Source: Octopus sinensis (Eukaryota). From it: 64,000 nt of DNA. The stretch lies in contig NC_043003.1 of assembly GCF_006345805.1 (NCBI RefSeq), positions 48,546,001 to 48,610,000 of the forward strand, in the 5' to 3' direction. The position numbers and the translations under genes are program-made. The notes beneath the pieces were generated by a model that saw only the letters and a program-made list of their open reading frames with translations, had not been told where the DNA came from and did not search any database. Below are positions 1 through 12,833 of the stretch, one piece after another. The stretch's first letter is position 1. Every line of letters begins with the position of its first letter.

Positions 1-440
1 CAAAGAACACACACAAAAAAAACTAAACAAAAGCAGACCCACACGCACACGTATGTATATATATATAATTACTGACGAATATGGTTCATTATTCAATATA
101 CACATGAAATAATCCTTTCTTATTTTGGCACAAGGCCAGCAATTTTGAGGGGTGGTGAAGTTAATTACATCGGCCCCCAATGCTCAACTACTGCTTATTT
201 TGTTGATATTGATTGCAAAAGGGTGACAGGTGAAGTTGACTTTGGTGGAATTTGAACTCAGAATGTAAAGACGGATGAAAGACTGCGATGCATTTTGTTT
301 GTTCGGCATGCTAACGATTCTACCATTTCGGTGCCTTATAAATATGAAAAAACAAAAATAATAATTATTTCAAATTTAGACACAAGGCAGGAAGTTTTGG
401 GAGAAGTGGGGAGAGGGGGTTTATCTTTTATCCTTTTTTT

Positions 441-1010
441 TTTTACTTGTTTCAGTCATTGGACAGTCAGTGGTCATGCTGGGGTACTGACTTGAAAGCT
501 TTAATTGAACAAATGAACCCCAGAAGTTATTTTTTAAATCTGGTACATATTCTAGCAGTGTCTTTTGCTGAACCACTAAGTTATGGGGATATAAACAAAC
601 CAACACTGGTTGTCAAAGGGGGGGTGGTAGTGGAGAAAGACAAACAAAAGCACAGACATACACACACATACAGCAGGCTTTGCCTACCAAATTCATTCAC
701 AAGGTATTATTGATCAACCCAAGAAGGCAGTGAGCAGGCAGAAACGTTAGCATACTTAGCGGTATTTTGTCTGTCTTTACGTTTTGAGTTCAAATTCTGC
801 CAAGGTCGACTTTGCCTTTCATCCTTTCAAGGTCGATAAATTATCAGTTGCATACTGGGGTCGATCTAATTGACTGGCCACCTCCCCCAAAATTTCAGGC
901 CTTGTGCCTAGAGTAGAAAAGATTAATGGTCAACCCAGGGCCATGGTAGAAGACACTTGCCCAAGATACCATACATTGGGAATGAACCCCAAACCATGTA
1001 ATTGTAAAGT
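441..1010 (-). mobile_element. SINE family A with a SINE B nested at ~725-925
   Basis: Family A halves resume on both sides of the B copy (ttgatcaacccaag / tggtcaacccagg). Confidence 0.75.
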
Positions 1011-1539
1011 AAATACGCACAATAATACATTACACAAACATGTTCACACATACACATACACCAGCATGTATACACACACACAAGACACTAGCATGTGTAC
1101 GCACACACACAACTTATTTAATTATATAATACACAAATACATACATTTATACACACTCATATGGATGCACATGTGCATACACACACACACACACACACAC
1201 ACAGACACACAAATTTGATGAACTCTCTCATTGATTTGGCTAAACATGTGCTCCAGTTGTTCAATCAATGGAAATACTATTGTAGTCTTTCAGTTCATTA
1301 TTGGTGTAGGAGTGGGCCATGATGTGCTATTTCTCAGTCAGACATAATTTTGGAGCTATCAGTGTACGCGGCAGCTGTGTCCTACATAGAAATGTGTCAT
1401 GCCAATAGATTCACTTCCCGCCTTTCAGAGAAGCCAACTCTTTTCTATTCTTAAAAATGTCAATGAGCATTCCTACGATGAGCAGATTATGATTTGCTAT
1501 GAAAACTTGGGTCAAATCTGAGACTGGAAACATTTGTTT

Positions 1540-1797
1540 ATTCCTTCTTGAGCCATGCCTGGCTCATAAGGGCCGGTTTCCCGATTTCTTTGGCATATAG
1601 GTTCCCCACTTGGACTGGATGCCAGTCCGTCACAGGTGAGCTGCAAGATGCAGGAGGAAAGAGTGAGACCTTCTGCCAGAGCCGCATGGAGCTTAGGTGT
1701 TTCGCTCATAAACACACACATTGCCCGGTCTGAGATTTGAACCTGCTATCCCTCAGCCGCGAGTCCACTGCTCTAACCACTAGGCCATGTACCTCCA
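1540..1797 (-). mobile_element. tRNA-derived SINE (family C variant)
   Basis: A/B-box head in reverse complement; flanking actggaaa(c/t)att at 1523-1534 and 1799-1810. Confidence 0.8.
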
Positions 1798-1825
1798 CAC
1801 TGGAAATATTAGCCTAAAGTGGTGC

Positions 1826-2100
1826 ATATTTTTTCACGCTAAGAGTTGCTGAAGCATGGAACAAACTGCCGGCATCATTTGTGAGTTGTCAGAGCTCTGC
1901 ATCCTTCAAAACTTCCATGCTTCCTGAGATTCACCAACACTACACCTGATTTTCTCCCCTCCATACACACGCAAGCATGTATCTGACTCATACACTGTTC
2001 ACTTCCCAGACATTTGTACATTACAGCATATACTTTATATGCACTTTCTGACAAGTTGTGGTGCACCTGAGCACTGTATACAATAATTTCATTATTATTA
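1826..2100 (+). mobile_element. CR1-type LINE 3' end
   Basis: FFTLRVAEAWNKLPASFV...SFK, stop codon, short UTR, (ATT)n tail. Confidence 0.75.
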
Positions 2101-2144
2101 TAATTATCATCTTTATAATAATGATTGTTATCACCGTCCATGAA

Positions 2145-2465
2145 GGCACATGGCTCAGTGGTTAGTATGTTAGGCTCACAATCATGAGGTAGTGAGTTCG
2201 ATTCCTGGACAGGGCTGTGTGTTGTGTTCTTGAGCATGACTCTTTATTTCACATTGTTCCGGTTCACTCAGCTGTAGAAATGAGTTGCGATTATCATTGG
2301 TGCCAAGCTGTGTTGGCCTTTGCCTTTCCCTTGGATAACATTGGTGGCTGGGATGCATGGGCGATTGCTGGTCTTCCATAAACAACCTTGCCTGGACTTG
2401 TGCCTTGGAAGGAGACATTTTAGGTGCAATCCCATGGTCATTCAATGACTGAAGAGGGTCTTTAC
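2145..2465 (+). mobile_element. tRNA-derived SINE family C
   Basis: ggcacatggctcagtggttag...gagttcgattcc; homologous to 12495-12833. Confidence 0.85.
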
Positions 2466-2699
2466 CCATTACCCTATCACCACCATGACAGCCGGTGTTG
2501 GTTTGTTTACATCCCCATAACTTGGTAGTTCAGCAAGAAGAGACTGATAAAATAAGTAGCAAGCTTAGAAAATACAAAATAAGTACTGGGTCAATCTCTT
2601 TGCCTAAACCTTTGAAGGTAGTGCCCCAGCCTGGTCGCAGTCCAATGACTAAAACAAGTAAAAGAAAGACAAAAGAAAAATGAGTGTATACTTATATTT

Positions 2700-3170
2700 A
2701 TCTTTTATCTGTTGTAGTCATTAGACTGCGGCCATGCTGGAGCACTTTTTAGTTGGATGAATTGACTCCAATACTTAAATTTTCCCTTAAAACTGGTAAT
2801 TATTTTATCAGTCTCTTTTTGCTGAATTGCTACATTATGAGAACGTGAATACACCAACACTGGTTGTCAAGCGGTGGTGGGAAGCAGGCACAAAGACACA
2901 CACACAGGCACAAAGACACACACACAGGCACACACAAATATCCACACACACACACAAAAGCACACACACACACATGCATACACACACACACACACACACA
3001 CATGCACGCACACACAAATTCACTGCCTACCAAATTCACTCACAAAGCTTTGGTCAGCACAAAACTTATAACAGTAGACACTTGCCCAAGGTGCTACATA
3101 GTGGGACTGAACCTGGAACCATGTGGTTGAGAAGTAAGCTTCTCACCACACAGCCAGCGATGCCTGAACC
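2700..3170 (-). mobile_element. SINE family A
   Basis: Tail, (CA)n, head, in reverse complement. Confidence 0.8.
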
Positions 3171-3448
3171 TATATGCATATAAAAATGCATTTAAAGTCA
3201 ATAGAAGGAGTGAATACATGGCTCAAAAGACTCTTAATCATTATCTGAACAGCAACTCTATGAGAGAGTAATTTCAAGTTAACACTGAAAGTAAACAATC
3301 AGTGTCTCATGCTGTGACTTGCCTTGCAGAAGATAAGAAGCAAGACACGAGAATTTAAAGACTGCACCGTCTTTTATTTTGGGCATACATTTTTCTTATT
3401 GTAAGATTAGTATTCGAGTGAGAAATTGAAATATGATCTGCATATGTA

Positions 3449-3800
3449 GGTGCAGGCATGGCTGTGTGGATAAGAAGCATGCTTTGCAATCACATGGTTT
3501 TCAGTTCAGTACCACTGTGCAGCACCTTGGGTGAATATCTTCTACTGAGGCTCTAGGCCAACAAATACCTTGTGAGTGGATTTGGTTGATGGAAACTCTG
3601 TAGAAGCCTGTTGTATGTGTTGCATGTGTGTGTGTGTGCATGTGTCATTGTTTCTGTTTGTGACTCCGCATCCCCACCGTTTGACAACTGGTGTTGGTTT
3701 GTTTATGCCACTATAACTAAGTACTGGGGTTGATTTGCTTGGCTAAAATCCTTCAAAGCAGTGCTCCAACATGGCCACAGTCCAATAACTGAAACAAGTA
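3449..3800 (+). mobile_element. SINE family A (diverged)
   Basis: ggtgcaggcatggctgtgtgg...gtggatttgg...gaaacaagtaaa. Confidence 0.8.
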
Positions 3801-4728
3801 AATGATAAACATCATCAACTACCACATCTGTCACCATAGCTGCTGCCACAGCCACAGTCACCACCACCACCATACTGTATATAATAAATATCATTGTGAT
3901 GTATACTATATACAGTTATATATATATCTTGTATGCATAACTCAAACCTTCTCCCTGGCCAAAAGGGATAAACAACCTTCCGTTACACAGCCATTAACGT
4001 CATATCGCCTGAAGAAATGAATCTATGAAGAAGATCTACCCGATGCCCACAGATATTATGGACTACACTGTAATCATCCCACGAATATGATCTTAAGAGA
4101 CATATGATTTGTGGAAATGTGCCTTGCTATGCATTAGAATATTTATAAAATCCATCCAAGGAATATTGTTATTATTACTACATTTACAATACATAATTTG
4201 AATCCACTCTTCGATTTAAGGTTTTCCTCAATTTTTATAATTGAATGAATTTATATTGAATTCATTTATTTTGTTTATTTTGTTCATTGCATGCTTAAGA
4301 CCATTAATTGAAAGGACCAATGAAACAAATCCATTTTGAAAGGTGTATCAAATAAAGTATATATATATATATCATCGCATATATATAATGGGCTTCTTTC
4401 AGTTTACATCTCCCAAATCCACTCACAAAGCTTTGGTCAGCCCAGGGCTATAATAGAAGACACTTGCCCAGAGTGCCATGCAATGGTATTGAACCTGAAA
4501 TCATGTGGTTGGGAAGCAAACTTCTTACAACAGAGCCACATTAGTACCGATCAATATAGTATATATTATACTATCCTCTCTGATTTCTGAATGTTTTCTG
4601 CATCCTTTGACTATTCAACTTTGAATGCTATTTGAAATATTTCTTGCCAAGTAGTGATAACATGTGTATGAAATGGAAGTTGTTTTTGCTTGTTTTTTTT
4701 TTATTGAAATTAATAAATTTTGATGTAT

Positions 4729-4948
4729 ATTTGCCATTTAAATATGGCTAACCCCTAAGGGTGGATGCTACTGTAGTTTGTAGCTCCAGGAGGACACCTC
4801 CTCCAGCTGGCTTTAGACACACTTTCTGTGCCCTATCAGTATTGTGTGTCTAAAGTGTGTCTATAGCCAGCTGGAGGAGGTGTCCTCCTGGGGCTATAAA
4901 CTACAGTAGCATCCACCCTTAGGGGTTAGCCATATTTAAATGGCAAAT
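4729..4948. repeat. Fold-back inverted repeat, ~97-bp arms
   Basis: Arms 4729-4825 and 4852-4948, about 3 mismatches. Confidence 0.95.
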
Positions 4949-5825
4949 GTACGTCACGATGTGTTGTAGCTACTGTTTATAACTCGCTCTGAGATTTATT
5001 ATTGCTTAATAAATTTTGAGAAAAATGGAAATGAGTATTTTGTATGTATATACTAGTAATACAATGACCAACTGCTACTGTAGTATATAACAAATGTTTC
5101 TATCTGTATCAGTGAAAATAATAACAATATCGTTCAAAATTTCACTAAACTACTACTGACATAAACTAAACAGCTTGCCTTTGTGAGACCACAGGATGAA
5201 AAGCAGGCAGCCTCTGCAGTATTTCACTAGGAACTGTTGAATAGAATTTCCATTGAACTGAGACAGCTTGCATATTCTATATTGAATATTGAATGAAGCC
5301 TGTTAAACATTTTTGCATGGTTTGTATTGAGAGAGAGGGAGAGAGGAAGAAAGAGGGGGGAGAGAAAAAGAGGAGAGAGAGAAAGATGGAGGGAGGGTGA
5401 GAAACAGAGAAGTTATGGAAAAGTGTGTGTCTGTGTGTGTGTAATTGTCTGTGTCTGCCTGTCTCTGAATGTTTCAGACTGCTATTTCAGTTCCAGTGTA
5501 TTAAAAAAACAAAAGAAAAAGAAAGAAAGAAAAAAAACAAAACAAATCAAGAAAGAAAAAACAATACAAAAACAAAAAAGAACCACAAGCTGTCACCAAA
5601 TTTTGTATGTTGTTTTGTTTAACAGCTGGATGTTCTTTTTAATTTTAACCATTCAACTGCAGAACATAAATGGGACATGTCAGCCAGAAAAACCGAAGAA
5701 ATTAGAGTTATGAGCCTTGAGTAAAACCACAGTTCAATGCTTGTGTTTATATATGAACATGTGTTCTACACAAGACACACACATACTTATATACTAGTAT
5801 GTATGTATGTATGTATGTATATATA

Positions 5826-5858
<33 letters not shown>

Positions 5859-5932
5859 ACATGTATGTATGTATGTATGTAGGTATGTATGTATGTATGT
5901 AGACATATACACATATGCATGAATACATATAT

Positions 5933-5982
<50 letters not shown>

Positions 5983-5986
<4 letters not shown>

Positions 5987-7211
5987 TCATCATTTAACAT
6001 CTGTTGTCCATGCTGGCATGGGCTGGAAGGCTGCACCAGACTCCAGTCTAATTTCTGCATCCTTTGAATATTCAACTTCGAATACTATTTTAAATATCTT
6101 GCCAAGTAGTGATAACATGTGTATGAAATGGAAGTTGTTTTTGCCCTTCCTAATGCTGACCACTCTAAGAGTGTAATGGGTGCTTTTATGTGCCATTTGC
6201 ATGGCACCGGTATCTGCCACAACTGCAATTTTACTCAGCTTGATGGGTCCTCTTGTCAAGCATGACATAATGCGAAAGATCTCAGTTATTTGTCACTGCC
6301 TCTGTGTGGCCCAATACTTGAAAGGAGCTTTTCATGTGCCACTGGCACAGGTGCCAGTTACGTGACACCAGCATTGGCCACAACTATGACTTCACTTGGC
6401 TTGATGGGCATTCTCAAGCTCAGCATATCACCAAATGTCTCGGTCACTAGTCATTGTTTCTGTGAGGTCCAAAGTTCAGAGATCATGCTTCCCCATCTAT
6501 CCTATGTCTTCATGGGTCTATCTCTTCCACAAGTTCTCTCCACAGTTAGAAATCAGCACTTCTTTACACAGCTGTCCTCATCCATATGCTTCACATGACG
6601 ACACCAGCGCAGTCATCTCTCTTGTATACCACATCTGATGCCTCTTATGCCCAACTTTTCTCTCAAAATGCTTATGCTCTGTCAAACACACACACTGACA
6701 TTGCACATCCAGTGAAACATACAGGCTTCATTTCTCTCAAGCTTATGCATGTCCTCAGCTGTCACAACTCATGTTTCACTGCCGTGTAGCATAGCTGTTC
6801 GTACATAGGCATCATACAATCTGCCTTTCCCTCTGAGGGAGTTGCCAGCAAAGGTAGGAGCTCTCTGAACTTTGCCCAGCCTATTCTTATTCTCAAAGCT
6901 ACACTTTCAGAGCATCCATTTCTGCTATTAACTTGATCAACTAGATAACGGAAGCTATCTACTATCTCTAGCTTACTCCCCTTGCAGTTGATGGAATCTA
7001 TTTTCTGTACATTTTCAGTGTTTATTGTGCCTGTGGATATTCCACACACAAAAGCTATTTTCCATATTAACCTTCCTTTGATATTGCTGCACCTCTTATG
7101 TGTCCATAGCTTACAATGGGTACATCTTATAGATTTTTAACCCACACTTTTTCTACACATTGAGCAGGGCCATCTACCTAAAGAGATTTGTGATTTGTCT
7201 TCCTTCCAACT
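5983..7211 (-). mobile_element. 5'-truncated degenerate RTE LINE, third subfamily, flanked by (TA)n on both sides
   Basis: Minus strand encodes WPCSMCRK...CTHCKLWTHKRC and KLEIVDSFRYL...RIRIGWAKFRELLPLLAT; (ATC)n tail at 5983. Confidence 0.9.
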
Positions 7212-7440
7212 TATATATATATATATATATATATATATTCTTTTACTTGTTTCAGTCATTTGACTGCAGCCATGCTGGAGCACTGCTTTGAAGGGTTTTA
7301 AGTCAAACAAATCGATCCTTGGACTTTTATTTTAAGCCTAGTACTTATTCTATTGGTCTCTTTTGCACTAAGTTATGGGGATGTAAACACACAAGCACCA
7401 GTTGTTCAGTGGGAATGGGGTGGGGGAAACGACAAACACA

Positions 7441-7482
<42 letters not shown>

Positions 7483-7483
<1 letters not shown>

Positions 7484-7559
7484 TTTATTTAAAGCAGCAG
7501 AAAATTCAACAAAACCTGTTACTCTGTGTTTGTTGAATTTTCTGCTGCTTTAAATAAAG
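7483..7559. repeat. Fold-back, 31-bp perfect arms, inside (TA)n
   Basis: Arms 7483-7513 and 7529-7559. Confidence 0.92.
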
Positions 7560-7629
7560 CATATTATTCTACCACTGGCATTTGAGTACTCTTTTTTCCA
7601 CCTTGTTTCACATTTATGTGTTTACTCCG

Positions 7630-7668
<39 letters not shown>

Positions 7669-7672
<4 letters not shown>

Positions 7673-8043
7673 CAATAACAATAGTAAATAATGATAATGT
7701 GTTTTGAATGGTGCAACAATGCACTGTATTAACAACAATGGACTATAATAACTGGTGTAATTTAATCATCCATAGCCTGATATAATATTTCGGAATATAA
7801 AAATTCTTTCTTCAGATATCCCTAGGGATTGATCTAATCACTGCTGCAATTGGTTTTCTAACTGTAGGAGTGACTTGATCAATCCCTAGGGATATCTGAA
7901 AAATGAATTTATATTCTGAAATATTATATCAGACTATGGATGATTAAATTATAACAGCTATTAATAGTCCATTGTTGTTAATATAGTGCATTGCCTCACA
8001 ATTCAAAACACATTTTTACTATTTACTATTATTATCGTTTACA
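7669..8043. repeat. Fold-back, ~165-bp diverged arms containing hammerhead-like cores
   Basis: Arms ~7669-7834 and ~7877-8043. Confidence 0.9.
7779..7820 (-). ncRNA. Putative minimal type-I hammerhead ribozyme (Penelope-type)
   Basis: Minus strand: GATAT-CTGAAGA-aagaat ttttat attcc-GAA-ATAT-T-ATATC, giving a 5-bp stem I, core, stem II and palindromic stem III. Confidence 0.6.
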
Positions 8044-8080
8044 AACAATACACAATGCTTCAAGTGAACTACAATACTCT

Positions 8081-8144
<64 letters not shown>

Positions 8145-8151
8145 TCATACA

Positions 8152-8184
<33 letters not shown>

Positions 8185-8185
8185 T

Positions 8186-8393
8186 TATATTTATCAAAAG
8201 AAAAAACAGGATGCAAAGGATTTTGCGGTACATATGTTTCTGGCTTTATTGAGCAATTTATATCAATGCATAATTGATAGGCTGTTGACCTACATGTTAT
8301 ATCAATTATGCATTGATATAAATTGCTCAATAAAGCCAGAAACAAATGTACCGCAAAATCCTTTGCATCCTGTTTTTTCTTTTGATAAATATA
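8186..8393. repeat. Fold-back, 94-bp arms, about 1 mismatch
   Basis: Arms 8186-8279 and 8300-8393. Confidence 0.95.
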
Positions 8394-8632
8394 TCCTATC
8401 ACCTACACCACTAGCTGGCATATACAGGTGCTTACAGTTATCAAGTATTCACTCTGAATTTTTTGTACCTACATATATTTATATATATATAATGACAGGC
8501 TTCTTTAAATTTCCATCTACCAAATCCTCTAACAAGGCTTTGGTTGGCCTGAAGCTGTAGTAGAAGGTACTTGTCCAAGGTGCCACACAATGGAACTGAA
8601 ACCAGAACCATGTGACTGGAAAGAAAGCTTAT

Positions 8633-8753
8633 GTTTATTCTTAGATAAGAATGTTGTTGACAGTGACTTCAAAGCATCGGACAGTCCAACAATGGAATTA
8701 CAAGCTGAAACTGTGACGTCACTGTCGAAAAAACATTCTTGTTTAAGAATAAA
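8633..8753. repeat. Imperfect fold-back, ~35-bp arms
   Basis: gtttattcttagataagaatgtt..gacagtgac / gtcactgtc..aacattcttgtttaagaataaac. Confidence 0.75.
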
Positions 8754-8826
8754 CCTGTACTCTACAAAAGTTTGGAGTAATTCCTCAAATTAACATAAAA
8801 TTGCTTTTATTATAGCTAAATATTAA

Positions 8827-9290
8827 GGTGGCAAACTGGCAGAATTATTAGCACACTGGATGAAATGCTTAGTGGTATTTTACCGGCTGCTATGTTCTGA
8901 GTTCAGAAAAGGCGACGAGCTGGCAGAAACGTTAGCATGCTGAGCGAAATGCGTAGCCGTATTTCGTCTGCCGTTACGTACTGGGTTCAAATTCTGCTGA
9001 GGTCGACTTTGCCTTTCATCCTTTCGGGGTTGATAAATTAAGTACCAGTTATGCACTGGGGTCGATATAATCGACTTAATCCGTTTGTCTGTCCTTGTTT
9101 GTCCCCTCTGTGTTTAGCCCCTTGAGGGTAGTAAAGAAATATATGTTCTGAGTTCAGATTCTGCTGAGGTCGACTTTGTCTTTAATCCTTTCGGCGTCGA
9201 TAAATTGAGTACCAGTGAAACACTGGGGTCGATGTAATCGGCTAGTCCCCTCCAAACAAATTTCAGGCCTTGTGCCTTTAGCAGAAAGGA
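8827..9290 (+). mobile_element. Nested SINE family B pair (one B copy inserted into another)
   Basis: The outer copy breaks at tatgttctgagttcaga (8891-8907) and resumes at 9143. The inner copy spans ~8910-9140. Confidence 0.82.
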
Positions 9291-9320
9291 TTACAACTAA
9301 ACATAAAAACAAATATTACC

Positions 9321-9388
<68 letters not shown>

Positions 9389-9789
9389 TGGTAGAAGCAT
9401 CTGTATGGCCCATTAAAGAATGAGATAGTGGAGAAAATTTCAAGACACAAAACATGTATAAAGTACTGTTGAATACCAGCTGTTGTCCACACACTAAATT
9501 CAACACTGCTGCTCTGTAATCCTGGGTGTAGTGCTTTTGTATGTGCAATATGCATATGAATGTGCATGCACTTGAGTGTGGTGGGAGTAAGAAAGGTGGG
9601 GGTGGAGTTTGGTGTAAAATAATGATTTTCAGGTTTAGTAAATATTTAAATATTTTATGTATCAAACATAAAATAAAGCTAAGTTCAAGAGTGAAGTGCA
9701 CTTTTATGGTACTGGCAGCGTTTTGCTTTGCAATACATTTTTTATATAAAGCAATGTAATGAACATTATTCTTCAAGAAAGAGAATATG

Positions 9790-9822
9790 ATATCTATATC
9801 TATATATCTATATCTATATATA

Positions 9823-9870
<48 letters not shown>

Positions 9871-9924
9871 TATATATCTATATATATATATATTATATAT
9901 ATATATATCTATATATATATATAT

Positions 9925-9961
<37 letters not shown>

Positions 9962-10184
9962 CACATCCATACAAACACACAAGCACGTGCATATATATAT
10001 TGCTACTTCAAGTTTTTGTAAAGTTAAAGAGGCGCCATCCCGACATATGGTGTCTTGGGCATTACTCAGACATTGTGAATTTGAACTTAGAGTGCAAATA
10101 CCTGGAACAATTACCGCACAGCATTTAATTCAATGCTCTACTGACTCTACCAACTTTTCAATATAAACACACACACATGTATAT

Positions 10185-10216
<32 letters not shown>

Positions 10217-10304
10217 CATACATACATATATATATATATATAATATATATATACATACATACATATATATATACATACATATATATATATATAATATATA
10301 TATA

Positions 10305-10351
<47 letters not shown>

Positions 10352-10510
10352 CATACATATATATATATATATTTATTTAAATATATGCGTGAGTATATAT
10401 GTATATATACACATACACATATATTTATATATATATAGGCACACACATACATACACACACAAACATACATATATGTACATATATATATATATGCATATAT
10501 ACACATACAC
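9790..10510. repeat. Long (TA)n/(TACA)n compound microsatellites
   Basis: Direct inspection. Confidence 0.9.
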
Positions 10511-11148
10511 ACAAGCTAACAGTTATATGTCAAGTGTAAAAAGTATAGATAATATAAGTGTATATTTTATTAATTTTCTTTTTAATGTATGCCTGGACTA
10601 GTTTCAGTTAATGACTGTGATCATGCTATGTGTATATATGTATGTATACACACACAAACACACATACACACACAAACATATTTCTTTTATTTCTTTTACT
10701 TGTTTTAGTCATATGACTGTGACCATGCTGGAGCACCACCTTTAGTCAGACAAATTGACCCAAGAACTTATTCTTTATAAGCCTAGTATATTTTTGCTGA
10801 AACGCTAAGCAATGGAGACGTAAACCCACAAATATTGGTTGGCAAGCGATGGTGGCAGGACAAACAGACACACAAATACATACATAAATACACACACACA
10901 CTCCTGTGTATTCACACATACACACACATGCATACACACACAACATCATATTTTTCTTCAGGATTCACCAAATCCCAGGTTTTTCTCAATTCTAAAATGT
11001 AATCATCTCCTATTTCTGGTTTAATGTCTTTTTCCAATTTCTTCTTTTGTCCATCAGTTTCTATTTTTTGCCTTTTCTGAGGAAAAGTTTCAGGGATATG
11101 ATCTGGTCTTTCCTTATCATCTCTCTTGTTTGGCACTGCAGCTCTTAA

Positions 11149-11354
11149 CCCTTTTGTTACTGTATTTATTTTGAGATGCTCTGTGTTTCTTTCAGTTACT
11201 TTAAATATAACAAAGAATTTAAGTAAAGTGATTTAGTTATCATTAAGCTTGTGTTAGGAACATAAATTGTGACCAAGATTTGGTGGAAGATTTTAATTGA
11301 AAACTTATGAAAACAAGACATTTGTATTCAGAACCAGAGCCGGTTTCAGCCGGG
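11149..11354. mobile_element. piggyBac-type MITE inserted in the NOG1 retrocopy
   Basis: TTAA flanks (11145-11148, 11355-11358), CCC...GGG ends, homologous to 61692-61911. Confidence 0.82.
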
Positions 11355-11725
11355 TTAATCATGTTAATATGTCATCTTTCTTCTGATGAATCTTTGTTTC
11401 CACTTGATTGGCTGACAGATGATCACAAGCATAATTTTTGACATTCATGACTCTTTCTTCAGTGAGTGTACTGATACACATAATTAGAATATTTCCCTCT
11501 TTTCTTGATGGATTCTTGTGTAGTTTTTGGTAGATTTTCAAATTTCAGAACATCTATTTTGTTGATGCAAACTAAGATAGGTATATATAAAAGTTTAATG
11601 CTTTCAAATAAGGCAATCTGTTCATCAGTTGTTTGGTTACATTGTTCAGAGATACCCATAATATACAGTACTGCATCTTTTAAATGAGCCAATGCTGTAA
11701 TGGCCTGCATTTCAATACTGTTTCT

Positions 11726-11956
11726 TATTTCTTTACTGCCCACAAGGGGCTACACACAGAGGGGACAAACAAGGACAGACAAACGGATTAAGTCAATTAC
11801 ATCAACCCCAGTGCATAACTGGTACTTATTTAATTAACCCTGAAAAGATGAAAGGCAAAGTTGACCTCGGCAGAATTTGAACTCAGAACATAGCGGCAGC
11901 CGAAATACTGCTAAGCATTTCGCCTGGCATGCTAACATTTCTGCCAGCTTGCCACC
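11726..11956 (-). mobile_element. SINE family B inserted in the NOG1 retrocopy
   Basis: Reverse complement of the 8910-9140 type; 14-bp TSD tcaata(c/g)tgtttct at 11712-11725 and 11957-11970. Confidence 0.9.
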
Positions 11957-12494
11957 TCAATAGTGTTTCTATTTTCTAAAGGATAATCCCAAAATACCTA
12001 GAGTGTCAACAGCCTACCAACATAGATACTAATGATCAGTGTGTCCCACAAACAATGATTTAGTTGTGAAAACATAAGGCTGCACTTCAACATCGGTTCA
12101 TGTAATCTTATTAATAAAACTTGATTTTCCAACACTAGGGAATCCACAGACAAGAAGAATTCAGGTAGTAGGATCAATGGATGGCAAACAAAATAAATGT
12201 TGTCTAATTTACTCCAGATATTCCAAGCTCTGTTTCTGACATCTCAAAATGGTCACCATTCTTCCTAGTGCTACTTTTTTCAACTGTTTGCTTCGATGAA
12301 ATGAATCAGCATATTTCAGAAGTCAAACATAATCCTTTCAAACATTGTCAACTAGAAGTCGAGCTGTGTTTATTTGTCCCAGAGCAAGTCTGTAATGGTC
12401 CCAGTCATAGAGAACATTCATCAAAACTGCATAAAATGAGTGAACATAACCAACTTCGGAAAGTCATTTATCATTTGTGTTAACTTACAATGAA

Positions 12495-12833
12495 GGCACA
12501 TGGCTCAGTGGTTAGCGCATCGATCTTATGACCGTGAGGTTGTGAGTTCGAATCCCGGATCGGGCTGTGTTGTGCTCTTGAGCAAGACACTTTATTTCAC
12601 ATTGCTCCAGTTCACTCAGCAGTAGAAATGAGTTGTGACATCACGGGTGCCAAGCTGTATTGGCTCCTTTGCCTTTCCCTTAGATAACATCGGTGGCGTG
12701 GAGAGGGGAGGCTGGTATGCATGGGTGACTGCTGGTCTTCCGTAAACAACCTTGCCTGGACTTGTGCCTTGGAGGGTAACTTTCTAGGTGCAATCCCATG
12801 ATCATTTGTGACTGAAGGGTGTCTCTGCTCCGC
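12495..12833 (+). mobile_element. tRNA-derived SINE (family C) inserted in the NOG1 retrocopy
   Basis: A box TGGCTCAGTGG, B box GTTCGAATCC, 13-bp direct repeat aacttacaatgaa at 12482-12494 and 12834-12846. Confidence 0.92.

Noticed and set aside
5625-5725. Possible host exon after tttgtttaacag; also a donor-like taggtgagt at ~40342
   Set aside because: No recognisable protein similarity or consistent splice partner; cannot be supported without RNA data.
12495-12570. tRNA gene candidates (A/B boxes; also 2145, 17376, 56473)
   Set aside because: These are SINE heads followed by SINE bodies, with no complete cloverleaf.
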